A DNA stretch of 34,004 nt from a virus. Taxonomy: Duplodnaviria; Caudoviricetes. Positions 1 to 7,875 of this stretch are shown one piece after another. Under the pieces are notes generated by a model, which did not search any database, was not told the DNA's origin, and saw nothing but the letters and a program-made list of their open reading frames with translations. The DNA is taken from positions 1 to 34,004 of the IMG/VR virus record IMGVR_UViG_3300025084_000105. One strand, written 5' to 3'. The first letter of the stretch is position 1. Every line of letters begins with the position of its first letter. Made by a program: the position numbers and the translations under genes.

Positions 1-1
1 A

Positions 2-928
2 ATCATAAAGAGGGCTGAAAAGAAAAAGTGGAGAGAGATAGAGAAGGATGCTACTAAGTATAACCTTCTTCGTGAATCTCTTAGTGCTGAGTTCTTTGAG
101 TCTTTGTCTAACCATAAACCTGCGCCTGTTAAAAGAGTACCATTGAATCAAGGTACAGAGTACGCTGTGGTTCTTTCACCTACCGATTTACACTTTGGTA
201 AATATGGTTGGGTTGATGAAGTAGGGCAAAGTTATGACTTAGAAGAGGCAAAACATAGAGTTCTTACAAAAACAGAAGAGTTATTAGCAAGATTACCTAG
301 TCAACCGGAAAAGTTCTTTGTAGGTATTGGTTCTGATTGGTTTCACGTTGATAACGATGTGGGTACAACGACAGCAGGTACAGGTCAAGATATGGCGGCT
401 ACACCTGCACAGATTCTTATGCAGGGTTGCGACCTTGCACGACAGCACATTGATTTACTAAGAACAGTAAGTGATGTTGAATTAGTGTTTATGGGTGGTA
501 ATCACGATAGACATACAAGTATCATGCTTATGCTTTACTTAGAAGCCTATTACAATTCCTGTGAAGATGTTACAGTTTCAGTAAGTCCTAATATCAGACA
601 GTATATTACTTATGGTAATAATCTAATTGGATTTACACACGGTGATGGCAAAGTTATGAATAAACTACATTCTCTTATGGCTCACGAAGCAAGAAGGGAT
701 TGGGGTAAAACAGTAAACCATCTTTGGTTTCACGGACATTTACATCATCAACAAATGAAAGAAGTGGGTGGATGTATAGTAGTTCAATTACCTAGTCTAG
801 CAGGAGAAGATAGATACCACAGCCGAAACGGATATGTTATGGCTAGAGCCGGATTGTCTGCTTATATGATTGACAAAAATCTCGGTTTGACAGGAAGTTT
901 GTTTGCGCCGGTGATACATGATGAGTAG
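2..928 (+). CDS. Calcineurin-like metallophosphoesterase (5'-truncated by window edge)
   Basis: Frame is open from base 2. Motifs DLHFG, GSDWFH, GNHD, FTHGDG and HGHLHH match the metallophosphoesterase fold. Confidence 0.85.
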   Translation: MIKRAEKKKWREIEKDATKYNLLRESLSAEFFESLSNHKPAPVKRVPLNQGTEYAVVLSPTDLHFGKYGWVDEVGQSYDLEEAKHRVLTKTEELLARLPSQPEKFFVGIGSDWFHVDNDVGTTTAGTGQDMAATPAQILMQGCDLARQHIDLLRTVSDVELVFMGGNHDRHTSIMLMLYLEAYYNSCEDVTVSVSPNIRQYITYGNNLIGFTHGDGKVMNKLHSLMAHEARRDWGKTVNHLWFHGHLHHQQMKEVGGCIVVQLPSLAGEDRYHSRNGYVMARAGLSAYMIDKNLGLTGSLFAPVIHDE

Positions 929-1043
929 GTGGACTAGCGCAAAATGTTGGGCGTGTGGTTGGGAAGCCCCACGTATGGAAATACAAAAGGCTAAGGCAGG
1001 TATTTGTCCTCATTGTCATAAGAAAGAATTACATCCGATGTGA
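918..1043 (+). CDS. Small Zn-ribbon protein (41 aa, MMSRWTSAKCWACG...CPHC)
   Basis: Translated by hand. Two CxxC pairs, GGTGA RBS upstream, and it fills the gap before terL. Confidence 0.65.
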   Translation: MMSRWTSAKCWACGWEAPRMEIQKAKAGICPHCHKKELHPM

Positions 1044-1047
1044 TATT

Positions 1048-2556
1048 ATGGGTTTTACACAAGATTTGGCTATGGAACGTAGTAGGCGTTCGGTAAAGTA
1101 TTTTTACGAGTGGCTTGGTTATACTTGGGGAGACCACATAGGAGAATGGATGGATATGTATGGTGATAGAAAGGGTGCAGAAGTGCATCGTGTTTGTGTA
1201 ATTGCACCAAGAGACCATAGTAAGTCAACTACTCTTAGGGTAAAACTATTACATCAATGTTTGTTTGAAAAGAAGGCAAATGGTAAGCCTTTTACTTGTT
1301 GGTTGATTTCTGCGAGTAAAGATACTGCTATTAGAAGGCTACAAGAAATTAGAGACGATTTGAAGTTACATCCTCAATTGTCTAGGTACTTAGACCCAAA
1401 GAAAGGTAATAAAACGGAAATACATTTTACTAATGGGGCGTGGATAATGGCTACGTCTGTTGGTTCAGCGATTCGTGGTGAACATCCTGCTTGTGTAGCA
1501 TTTGATGATGTATTGGTTGACTCCGATGAAATGAATCCTACCACTTTACAACAATGGTTTAGAAAGGCTATCACACCTATGCTTTCTCCGGGTTCTTCTT
1601 TTTATGTAGTAGGTACACCTATGTCTATGACTGACCTTTATCATACAGAAATGTTGGCTAACAATGCTTGGAAAAGCGATACATGGAATGCTATTGTTAA
1701 CTACGATGAATATAAAAGTAGTAATGGTGAAGTAGAGCCGGAAGCACTTTGGCCGGAATATCGTAGTATTAAGTTTCTACTAGAACAAAAAGATGCTGTT
1801 GGTGAATTAGAGTTTGCACAGGAGTACCTATGTAGGGTAGTCGATGATGACTCTTCTGTATTTCCTCAAAACTTAGTGCGTAAGAATCTTGATTTAGATA
1901 CTATAATACAAACAGAAAAATTAGATAATAACCGATATGTTATAGGATTTGACCCTGCACATGGTCTTGGTAAGGATTACAGCGTAATGATAGTTCTTAG
2001 GCAAGATGAACAAGGTTTTATACACTTTGTAAATATGTGGAGACGTAATGACTTCCCACCGGACAAACAAGCAAATATGTTAATTGAGTGGTCTAAGCGT
2101 TTTGGTAATTGCCCGATAGCAGTCGAAGATGTGGGCTTCCAACAAATGTATGAAAGTCTGCTTGCACAAAAAGGTGCGGTAGTAGATTACAGACCTAGTA
2201 AGGTAGGCAACAGGACTTTGAAGCAAGGTATCTTAAACAGACTAAGAGTTTGGTTTGAGAGAGAAATGGTAGTCTTACCTTATGGTAATGATGAGACTAG
2301 AAGAATGCTTGAGATTATTCTTGACGAATTAAAGACCCATGCGTGGCGTGATGGGATGATTGTTGATTTAGGCAGACATAACGATACAGTTATGGCCTTT
2401 GCACACGCCATAGACCAATTCACATACAAAACCCCCGATATGCCCGTGATTATGAAAACTATGACGGGTGGAGAGTGGATGGGGGGCAGTACCACAGGTC
2501 TGAATAGAGAACGTAGTGGTATTGGCGGAAAAGTGATAAATAGGAGAGGATTGTAA
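1048..2556 (+). CDS. terL: Terminase large subunit
   Basis: Walker A-like APRDHSKST, Walker B CVAFDD, coupling motif VVGTP, RNase H-like IGFDPA/DYSV/HNDTVMA. Start moved to MGFTQD (1048). Confidence 0.93.
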   Translation: MGFTQDLAMERSRRSVKYFYEWLGYTWGDHIGEWMDMYGDRKGAEVHRVCVIAPRDHSKSTTLRVKLLHQCLFEKKANGKPFTCWLISASKDTAIRRLQEIRDDLKLHPQLSRYLDPKKGNKTEIHFTNGAWIMATSVGSAIRGEHPACVAFDDVLVDSDEMNPTTLQQWFRKAITPMLSPGSSFYVVGTPMSMTDLYHTEMLANNAWKSDTWNAIVNYDEYKSSNGEVEPEALWPEYRSIKFLLEQKDAVGELEFAQEYLCRVVDDDSSVFPQNLVRKNLDLDTIIQTEKLDNNRYVIGFDPAHGLGKDYSVMIVLRQDEQGFIHFVNMWRRNDFPPDKQANMLIEWSKRFGNCPIAVEDVGFQQMYESLLAQKGAVVDYRPSKVGNRTLKQGILNRLRVWFEREMVVLPYGNDETRRMLEIILDELKTHAWRDGMIVDLGRHNDTVMAFAHAIDQFTYKTPDMPVIMKTMTGGEWMGGSTTGLNRERSGIGGKVINRRGL

Positions 2557-2798
2557 TGCCCGGCCCAATGAAGAGAAAAAAATTGTATAGACACATATTA
2601 AAAAACTTGTATGACGATGGCTACTTTAACGAGTGGCGGCAGACTGATGAGGTTTGTCGAAAGGTAAATGAAGGTGTTCCCGATAGATGGACACAGATGT
2701 ACGGCAGTTCCGTATTTAGATATATGCGGGAGTTAGAGGTAAAGGAACGACATCTTTGGCGCAGAACCCAAATGATACGTGAGTGGAAAAAATTATAA
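2556..2798 (+). CDS. Small basic protein, possible winged-helix
   Basis: ORF coupled to the terL stop with a GGAGAGG RBS. Helix pattern resembles the other small wHTH-like ORFs in the window. Confidence 0.6.
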   Translation: MPGPMKRKKLYRHILKNLYDDGYFNEWRQTDEVCRKVNEGVPDRWTQMYGSSVFRYMRELEVKERHLWRRTQMIREWKKL

Positions 2799-2867
2799 AA
2801 AAATATTTTTCAAAAAAATTATAATATATTCCGTGAGGTGCTAGGCGGGGGGTGGCTACCAAAAAAT

Positions 2868-2999
2868 CTAGTTTTTGGCAACTACTTCAAAATTACGAGT
2901 CCAAAATAAACACATATCCGACCGATAAACTTCAAAAGTTTTTCCGGTTTTTTTATTGCGTAGCGTTATTATAGTATAGTCATCGGGCGTGTTGCTCAT
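2868..2999 (-). CDS. Small hypothetical protein (43 aa, MSNTPDDYTIITLRNKKTGKTFEVY...)
   Basis: Translated by hand. A TATA-like TTCATAAG lies ~30 nt upstream on the minus strand (leaderless spacing). Confidence 0.55.
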   Translation of the reverse strand: MSNTPDDYTIITLRNKKTGKTFEVYRSDMCLFWTRNFEVVAKN

Positions 3000-3217
3000 A
3001 TACTGTGGTCTATCTTTTCCCTTATGAACTTAACGGTGTAGCATTCTCTTATTGACTAATTCGGAAGGTTTATATACCCCCAGCCCATCGGAGACACGTA
3101 CTACTACACCATGCGAGGCGGTGCAATAACTACACTAGGTAATAAAATAAAACTACGATAAAATAAAATAAAGATAAAATGACGGTGCAGTTTTTACACC
3201 ACACCGCCAAATTAATT

Positions 3218-3454
3218 TTACCAATCTTCTTTAGGTTGGTCTCTTACTTTTATTGTCCAATGTGTACTATAATAATTCCACTTTTCGGACTTGAATACTA
3301 AGTTAGGAAACTTAGTCCTCAAATGTTTCAAGTATGTCCTAGCATCCTTGAAATGAAGGCTCTCAGTGCCTTCAATACTGCTTCCTATCGTTATGCCTGT
3401 TTTTTCACTAAAGGAGTGCCAATGACTCCATGTATGGTTATTGTCTCCGTACAT
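3218..3454 (-). CDS. Hypothetical protein (78 aa, starts MYGDNNH)
   Basis: Minus-strand GGCAACCTTATATACC lies ~29 nt before ATG 3454, so the start was shortened from the ORF track. Confidence 0.65.
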   Translation of the reverse strand: MYGDNNHTWSHWHSFSEKTGITIGSSIEGTESLHFKDARTYLKHLRTKFPNLVFKSEKWNYYSTHWTIKVRDQPKEDW

Positions 3455-3643
3455 ATGCTTCCGTGCGGATGGGGGTATATAAGGTTGCCTATGTAGCATT
3501 CTGACCCCATACCCACAGGGTCGAGACCTAATCATCCTCAACGTAAGACAGACAGTATATAGTCTTTCCGTTATACTATTCTCTTAATACTATTCTAATG
3601 TCTACATCGGCAACCTTATATAGTACCCCCCCGTGGGATAAAC

Positions 3644-3850
3644 ATGGAAGCAGAAGTAAGCATTACCTACACGACAACGATAACCGAAGATAGTATGACA
3701 GAAGAAGAGTTTAGAGACTATATAGAAGCGAAACTATTTAGAAGCCTAGATATTGGGATTGGATATGCGGATGAAGAATCATGCGAGATAAATATTGAAG
3801 AACAATGGTGGGAAGATAAGGACTTATACGGGGAAGATGAAGAAGAGTAA
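3644..3850 (+). CDS. Small highly acidic protein
   Basis: TATA at 3615 and ATG 29 nt later. D/E-rich. Confidence 0.75.
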   Translation: MEAEVSITYTTTITEDSMTEEEFRDYIEAKLFRSLDIGIGYADEESCEINIEEQWWEDKDLYGEDEEE

Positions 3851-3880
3851 TCTTTATATACCTAACCCCCCTAGCATAGA

Positions 3881-4089
3881 CTGTAAGAGACACACCCGAA
3901 CAAGTAGGCGGGAGACACACCCGAAAACGGCCGAACAGTAAGGCGTATCAATTACACCTGCCACATCTTAGATGTGGAGAGGTAAGGCCGTTGAATGGCG
4001 GTGTTTAGGTAACGCCTATTCGGGATTCATCATCCCCCCTCTTAAGCCTTCGCCCCTACTGATGAGGGGGCGAGGGTTGCAGACTTTTT
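3881..4089 (+). ncRNA. Candidate ~200-nt structured non-coding RNA
   Basis: Own TATA at 3853 with no ATG at the expected start. Nested helices 3895-3910/4013-4024, 3926-3932/3986-3992, 3961-3967/3971-3977 and 4046-4057/4066-4077, then a T-tract. Confidence 0.6.
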
Positions 4090-4279
4090 CTAATATAACA
4101 ATGTTTATATACCCCCATCCCGTCAGAGGCACGGGGTGGACACATATTTTTTTACGGGGGGTATATTGGCCTTGCCTAATCATACTCAACGTAGTGCAGA
4201 GGGTATATAGTCTTTCGCCTCTTGAGGTCTCACTTTACTATAATCGGCAGGTTTATATACCCTTACCCCTTCGGATAGA

Positions 4280-4384
4280 ATGAGCAACATGAGCCGAATG
4301 AATGAGATACTAAGAGAATTGATAAACAAAGGGTTTATAACCAAAGACGAACACGACAGTATATCCCTAGAGTGGGAGTTTTAA
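4280..4384 (+). CDS. Microprotein (34 aa, MSNMSRMNEILRELINKGF...)
   Basis: Translated by hand. TATA at 4252, ATG 28 nt downstream. Confidence 0.55.
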   Translation: MSNMSRMNEILRELINKGFITKDEHDSISLEWEF

Positions 4385-4396
4385 GGAGTGAGGAAA

Positions 4397-4537
4397 ATGG
4401 AAAGAAATGAAATAATAATAGGATTGATTGACGAGAGATTGCAGGAATTAGTTGAGGGTATGCCTCATCTAACAGAGGAAGAATGTGAAGAGTACGCTCT
4501 TCTATATCTTGAACGTGAGGAACAGATTAGGAAATAA
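4397..4537 (+). CDS. Acidic microprotein (46 aa, MERNEIIIGLIDERLQEL...)
   Basis: Translated by hand. GGAGTGAGG RBS upstream and a hairpin/T-tract downstream. Confidence 0.6.
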   Translation: MERNEIIIGLIDERLQELVEGMPHLTEEECEEYALLYLEREEQIRK

Positions 4538-4551
4538 GACGAAAACGAATT

Positions 4552-4584
4552 GAGGGGGGTGATTTTCGCCCCTCTCTTTTTTTT
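4552..4584 (+). terminator. Hairpin plus T8 terminator
   Basis: GAGGGGGGTGA-TTTT-CGCCCCTCTC followed by TTTTTTTT. Confidence 0.7.
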
Positions 4585-4713
4585 GTGATTGTATGATAAT
4601 AATGTTTATATACCTACATCTCATCTCAGGCACGGGGTTGGGTACGAGAAACGCCAACACGGGCGAGAATCTCTTATCGGCATCTTTATATACCCTAACC
4701 CCCTCGGATGTTC

Positions 4714-4839
4714 ATGGCGAAGATACAACCATGCGATGAATGCGGCGGATATGATTTTATTGAGAGAAAGGGCTACTTACCTATATGTGAGTTTTGTTCT
4801 TCGTGGGGCTTTATACCCCCTGTCTTAGTAGTTGAATAA
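4714..4839 (+). CDS. Zn-ribbon microprotein (41 aa, CDEC...CEFC)
   Basis: Translated by hand. TATA at 4685, ATG 29 nt downstream, hairpin at 4845-4871 after the stop. Confidence 0.65.
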   Translation: MAKIQPCDECGGYDFIERKGYLPICEFCSSWGFIPPVLVVE

Positions 4840-4877
4840 GATGGAAGGGGGGATTTCTCCCCCCAACCTTCTCAGCC

Positions 4878-5093
4878 TCAGAAGAGGGGTTCTATCCAAG
4901 CCTCGCCCATTTTGGGGCGAGAGCATTTTTTACAGAACATATATTGATGACATCGGTCATATACTTGCTCTGATGTTTGGGCGTTCTCTATTTCTTTTTT
5001 AGGTGCGTTATGGTTTGCGTGGTGTGTGCAATCTTCGCACATCCCATCAACTCTCCATGCCGCTTCCATTATTGGCGGGTGTATCTTCGTCAT
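4878..5093 (-). CDS. Small Zn-finger protein (CEDC...CKKC)
   Basis: ORF track, AAGGAG RBS, two CxxC pairs. Confidence 0.65.
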   Translation of the reverse strand: MTKIHPPIMEAAWRVDGMCEDCTHHANHNAPKKEIENAQTSEQVYDRCHQYMFCKKCSRPKMGEAWIEPLF

Positions 5094-5148
5094 GTTTTCG
5101 TGTCTCCTTTTTTTCGTTTCGCTTTGCGTTTCAAGTCCTTACCATATA

Positions 5149-5259
5149 TTATTTTATATGCGACTTAGTTTTATCGAACCATTTTTTGCTTATAGTCCTT
5201 TCGTCTCTCTGTGTACTTTCTTTATATACTCTTAATAATTTTGAGTCTATCCGTACCAT
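5149..5259 (-). CDS. Basic microprotein (36 aa, MVRIDSKLLRVYK...)
   Basis: Translated by hand. AAGGAG RBS, downstream of the 5321 minus-strand TATA. Confidence 0.45.
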   Translation of the reverse strand: MVRIDSKLLRVYKESTQRDERTISKKWFDKTKSHIK

Positions 5260-5320
5260 TTTTCTTATTCTCCTTGTCGTATTTTGTCTATACCTTACAG
5301 GGCTTCCGAATGCGTTTCTC

Positions 5321-5440
5321 CTTATATACCTTTCGTTTTTAACCCCTTATATACTTTACGGTTTTAACTGCTTATATAGTTTTCGGTTTTAACCCCTTAT
5401 ATACCTTTCGGTGCTTTTAACCCCTTATAACCTTTTCGAT
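5321..5440 (-). repeat. Five tandem ~25-bp units, each a BRE-TATA on the minus strand (consensus CCGAAAGGTATATAAGGGGTTAAAA)
   Basis: CTTATA starts at 5321, 5346, 5371, 5396 and 5424 (periods 25, 25, 25, 28). Confidence 0.85.
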
Positions 5441-5635
5441 AAGTTTATATACCCTTTTAATTGAGACGGTTTTATAATAAGGTTTATATACCTACATCTC
5501 ATCTGGTATGGTGTAAGTGGGGCGACCGGATAGGTTTATATACCCTAACCCCCTCTGGTATGGACTAAATGAGCAGAGCCGACCGAATCGCTACCTTTAT
5601 AACCCCTACCCCCCTAGCATAGACGAGGAAGTAGT

Positions 5636-5860
5636 ATGGTATTAGAAACCCGACTAGAAATTGAAGCCCAACAACGAACGCTAACATTGGATAACAGCAG
5701 CGTAAGACTTGCTAAGTCCTTTTGTGAAACTGCTTTAGAGCATTTCGCTAACGGTGAAATAGGCCGTGCTTTGACTTGCGTCAGCCTAGCGAGTGAGTTT
5801 AGACAAGATGCTCTTGATGCACTAACGCATGAAGAAGTAATGAGACACTTTAACGAATAA
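5636..5860 (+). CDS. Hypothetical helical protein
   Basis: ORF track. TATA at 5596, GAGG RBS, hairpin and T-tract at 5885-5919. Confidence 0.7.
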   Translation: MVLETRLEIEAQQRTLTLDNSSVRLAKSFCETALEHFANGEIGRALTCVSLASEFRQDALDALTHEEVMRHFNE

Positions 5861-6119
5861 GACGACAGCACCCGACAACGTAAGCAGTCGGCCTCTAAAC
5901 GGGGTCGGCTGTGTTTTTTAGAACTCTATATAATAATGTTTATAAGGGTTAAGCCCATCTCAGATGCAAGACGATGACAAGGCGACAACGGGATAATATC
6001 GGAGTCCACCCCGTTCCTAAGATGAGATGCGGGTATATAATCTTTATGATATATTATTCTCTTATCATGTGAAAGGTTATCATCGACAGGTTTAATAGGG
6101 GAGAGCGAGTCGGAGTATC

Positions 6120-6284
6120 ATGGCCGCAATAGCAGACATATATGAGACGACATACCACGTTGATTGGAGTATTAAGGGAGAACTGACCGTTTGGCGGGCT
6201 AACTTCCTTGATTATGAGTCATACAATGACTTTGTATCACAAGACGGTATTCAAGTCTTAGAAGTAACCACAACACAACGATGA
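6120..6284 (+). CDS. Microprotein (54 aa, MAAIADIYETTYHVDWSIKG...)
   Basis: Translated by hand. TATA-like TTTAATAG at 6090, ATG 30 nt later. Confidence 0.65.
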   Translation: MAAIADIYETTYHVDWSIKGELTVWRANFLDYESYNDFVSQDGIQVLEVTTTQR

Positions 6285-6333
6285 AAGCCAAAGACCTCGC
6301 AGCCCTTCGGGGCTGTGGGGCAAATTATTTTTT
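6283..6333 (+). terminator. Conserved 3' hairpin element, copy 1 (UUCG loop)
   Basis: GAAAGCCAAAGACCTCGCAGCCC-TTCG-GGGCTGTGGGGCAAAT plus T-tract. A second copy lies at 7437-7481. Confidence 0.7.
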
Positions 6334-6467
6334 CGCTAATAATACGGACTCACGGAAGAGAAGAAAGGCCGGAAAGGTTTATAAGGGAATACGTGGTCTC
6401 CTATGGATGAAATGAGCCAACGGGATAGAATCGACAGGTTAATAAGCAAATACTCACAGGGTCATAT

Positions 6468-6749
6468 ATGAGCCGTAGCAGCCAAACAACGCCCCGCACT
6501 AGAAACGAGATATACGACTTCGTATATGATACATATTGTGAATGGAGAGACAATGACTTTCATACATTCACCCTAATTATTGAAAAGGAATTAGGTGTTA
6601 CATCTGATGAAGTTTATGACTTTTATACTAAATATGCCGAGAATGATTTTGATGAGTTTATTTTACAAATTGTTGCACTAGCAATCATTACCCATAATAT
6701 CGAAAGAATGATTGGTATGTCGCTCGATGAATTACATCCGAATCTTTGA
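6468..6749 (+). CDS. Acidic hypothetical protein
   Basis: ORF track. TATA-like site at 6439 and a GAAA-loop hairpin at 6748-6780. Confidence 0.75.
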   Translation: MSRSSQTTPRTRNEIYDFVYDTYCEWRDNDFHTFTLIIEKELGVTSDEVYDFYTKYAENDFDEFILQIVALAIITHNIERMIGMSLDELHPNL

Positions 6750-7089
6750 GATAGTTGGGGAGAAATCCCCTTCTATCTTTTCACGCTATAACTACGGACT
6801 CACGGAAGAGAACGCACTTTGAAAGGGTTTATATACTAATACCCCGTATGACATGGACTAAATGAACCAACGGGAAGAGAGACCCCTTAATAATAATCTT
6901 TATAAGGGTTAAGCCCATCGGGTATGGGCGAAGTGAAATCGGGGCGAGTGAGAATACTATAACCGAAAGATTATATACCCCCAGCCCTTCGGGTATGGAC
7001 TAAATGAGTAATCGGGGCGGAATAGAAGGGTTCTTAAGCAAATACGTTTTCGCTAAGATTGCCCGCAGAGGCATAAAGGAGACGATAAA

Positions 7090-7407
7090 ATGAAACAGAC
7101 AGTAAATGAATATGACTTCGTAAGAAGTTTTGATGAAATGAACAGAGAAAGCAATTTCTCAAGGGCGGGCAGGTTTGCCCTCTTTGAGTATTTAGAGGAA
7201 GTGTACGGAGACGATTACGAACTTGATGTAATCGGTATCTGTTGCTCATTCAATGAGTATGAGAGCCTTGAGGAATACAACGAGGCATACGGTACAGAAT
7301 ACGAGGAAATATATGAGATTGAAGCATTAGTATGTTCTGATTATGGCTACGACAACGGAAACACAGACACCGAAGTTTATAACGCATTCATAACTTACGA
7401 ACATTAA
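7090..7407 (+). CDS. Highly acidic phage protein (possible DNA mimic)
   Basis: AAGGAG RBS. The NFS..G..ALFEYLEE...ELDVIGICC pattern recalls an uncharacterised phage early-gene family. Function is inferred only from charge. Confidence 0.75.
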   Translation: MKQTVNEYDFVRSFDEMNRESNFSRAGRFALFEYLEEVYGDDYELDVIGICCSFNEYESLEEYNEAYGTEYEEIYEIEALVCSDYGYDNGNTDTEVYNAFITYEH

Positions 7408-7436
7408 GCCGATAGAGCCAATTTAAGCCCAACAAC

Positions 7437-7481
7437 GAAAGCCTAAGACCTCGACCCCCCTCTTGAGGGGTCGGGGCAAAT
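7437..7481 (+). terminator. Conserved 3' hairpin element, copy 2
   Basis: GAAAGCCTAAGACCTCGACCCC...GGGGTCGGGGCAAAT. Flanks are conserved with copy 1 while the stem sequence differs. Confidence 0.65.
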
Positions 7482-7875
7482 CTTGCGTATAGAGACGGAC
7501 TCACGGAAGAGAAGAGACTCGGAGAACCCTTATATACTGAAACGCTCTCTCGCATGGACTAAATGAGTATCGGGGAAGAGAGAATAGTATAAGGGAAAGA
7601 CTATAAGCCTCAAGCCCATCTTAGAGACGGGGATGGCTACGAGGCGAGTCGCCTTTTTTTCATCATCATCCATTTGAACGGTGTAGATGTACCCTTATAA
7701 ACTTTTGCTTGTGAAGGTCTCTTATTTTTTTAGAGAATGCTTAATAATAATGTTTATAAGCCTTAAGCCCATCTCGACACGGGCAAAATGACACGGGGAT
7801 GACGCTTGTGAGGCAGGGTTCACAATGTTTATAAGCCCCCCGCCCATCTGATACAGGCAAAGTGAGCCGCTTCCA

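Larger units (their letters stand above)
6344..7513 (+). repeat. Three identical 19-mers ACGGACTCACGGAAGAGAA (6344, 6794, 7495)
   Basis: Exact copies, each just after a gene-end hairpin and exactly 34 nt before a TATA. Confidence 0.9.
3020..7870. promoter_or_regulatory. Dense field of ~30 archaeal BRE-TATA elements on both strands, many with no downstream gene
   Basis: Repeated (A/G)AGGTTTATATACC / TGTTTATAAG-type sites. Plus strand at 3069, 3615, 3853, 4104, 4252, 4605, 4685, 5483, 5535, 5596, 5939, 6090, 6378, 6439, 6828, 6899, 6970, 7031, 7529, 7600, 7753, 7828. Minus strand near 3021, 3476, 3556, 4204, 5321-5430, 6034, 7694. Confidence 0.8.

Noticed and set aside
4059-4066. Hammerhead ribozyme core CTGATGAG
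   Set aside because: It lies in a terminal hairpin loop with no correctly placed GAAA or three-stem junction.
3972-5392. ORF-track calls 3972-4283, 4589-4828, 4977-5168, 5003-5392 and 5026-5235
   Set aside because: They run through promoter repeats or are antisense to better-supported ORFs, and have atypical composition.
5560-5568. ATG-GAC-TAA Met-Asp-stop minigenes (also 6853, 6995, 7554)
   Set aside because: The ATG is 25 nt from the TATA while real leaderless starts here are 28-30 nt away, so it probably lies upstream of the start site. Variants do not keep the stop.
5461-7870. CRISPR or mini-CRISPR array (a Cas4-like gene is present)
   Set aside because: Repeats are degenerate, TATA-based, variably spaced and interrupted by genes. 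The Cas4-like nuclease sits in the replication operon, as is common in archaeal viruses.
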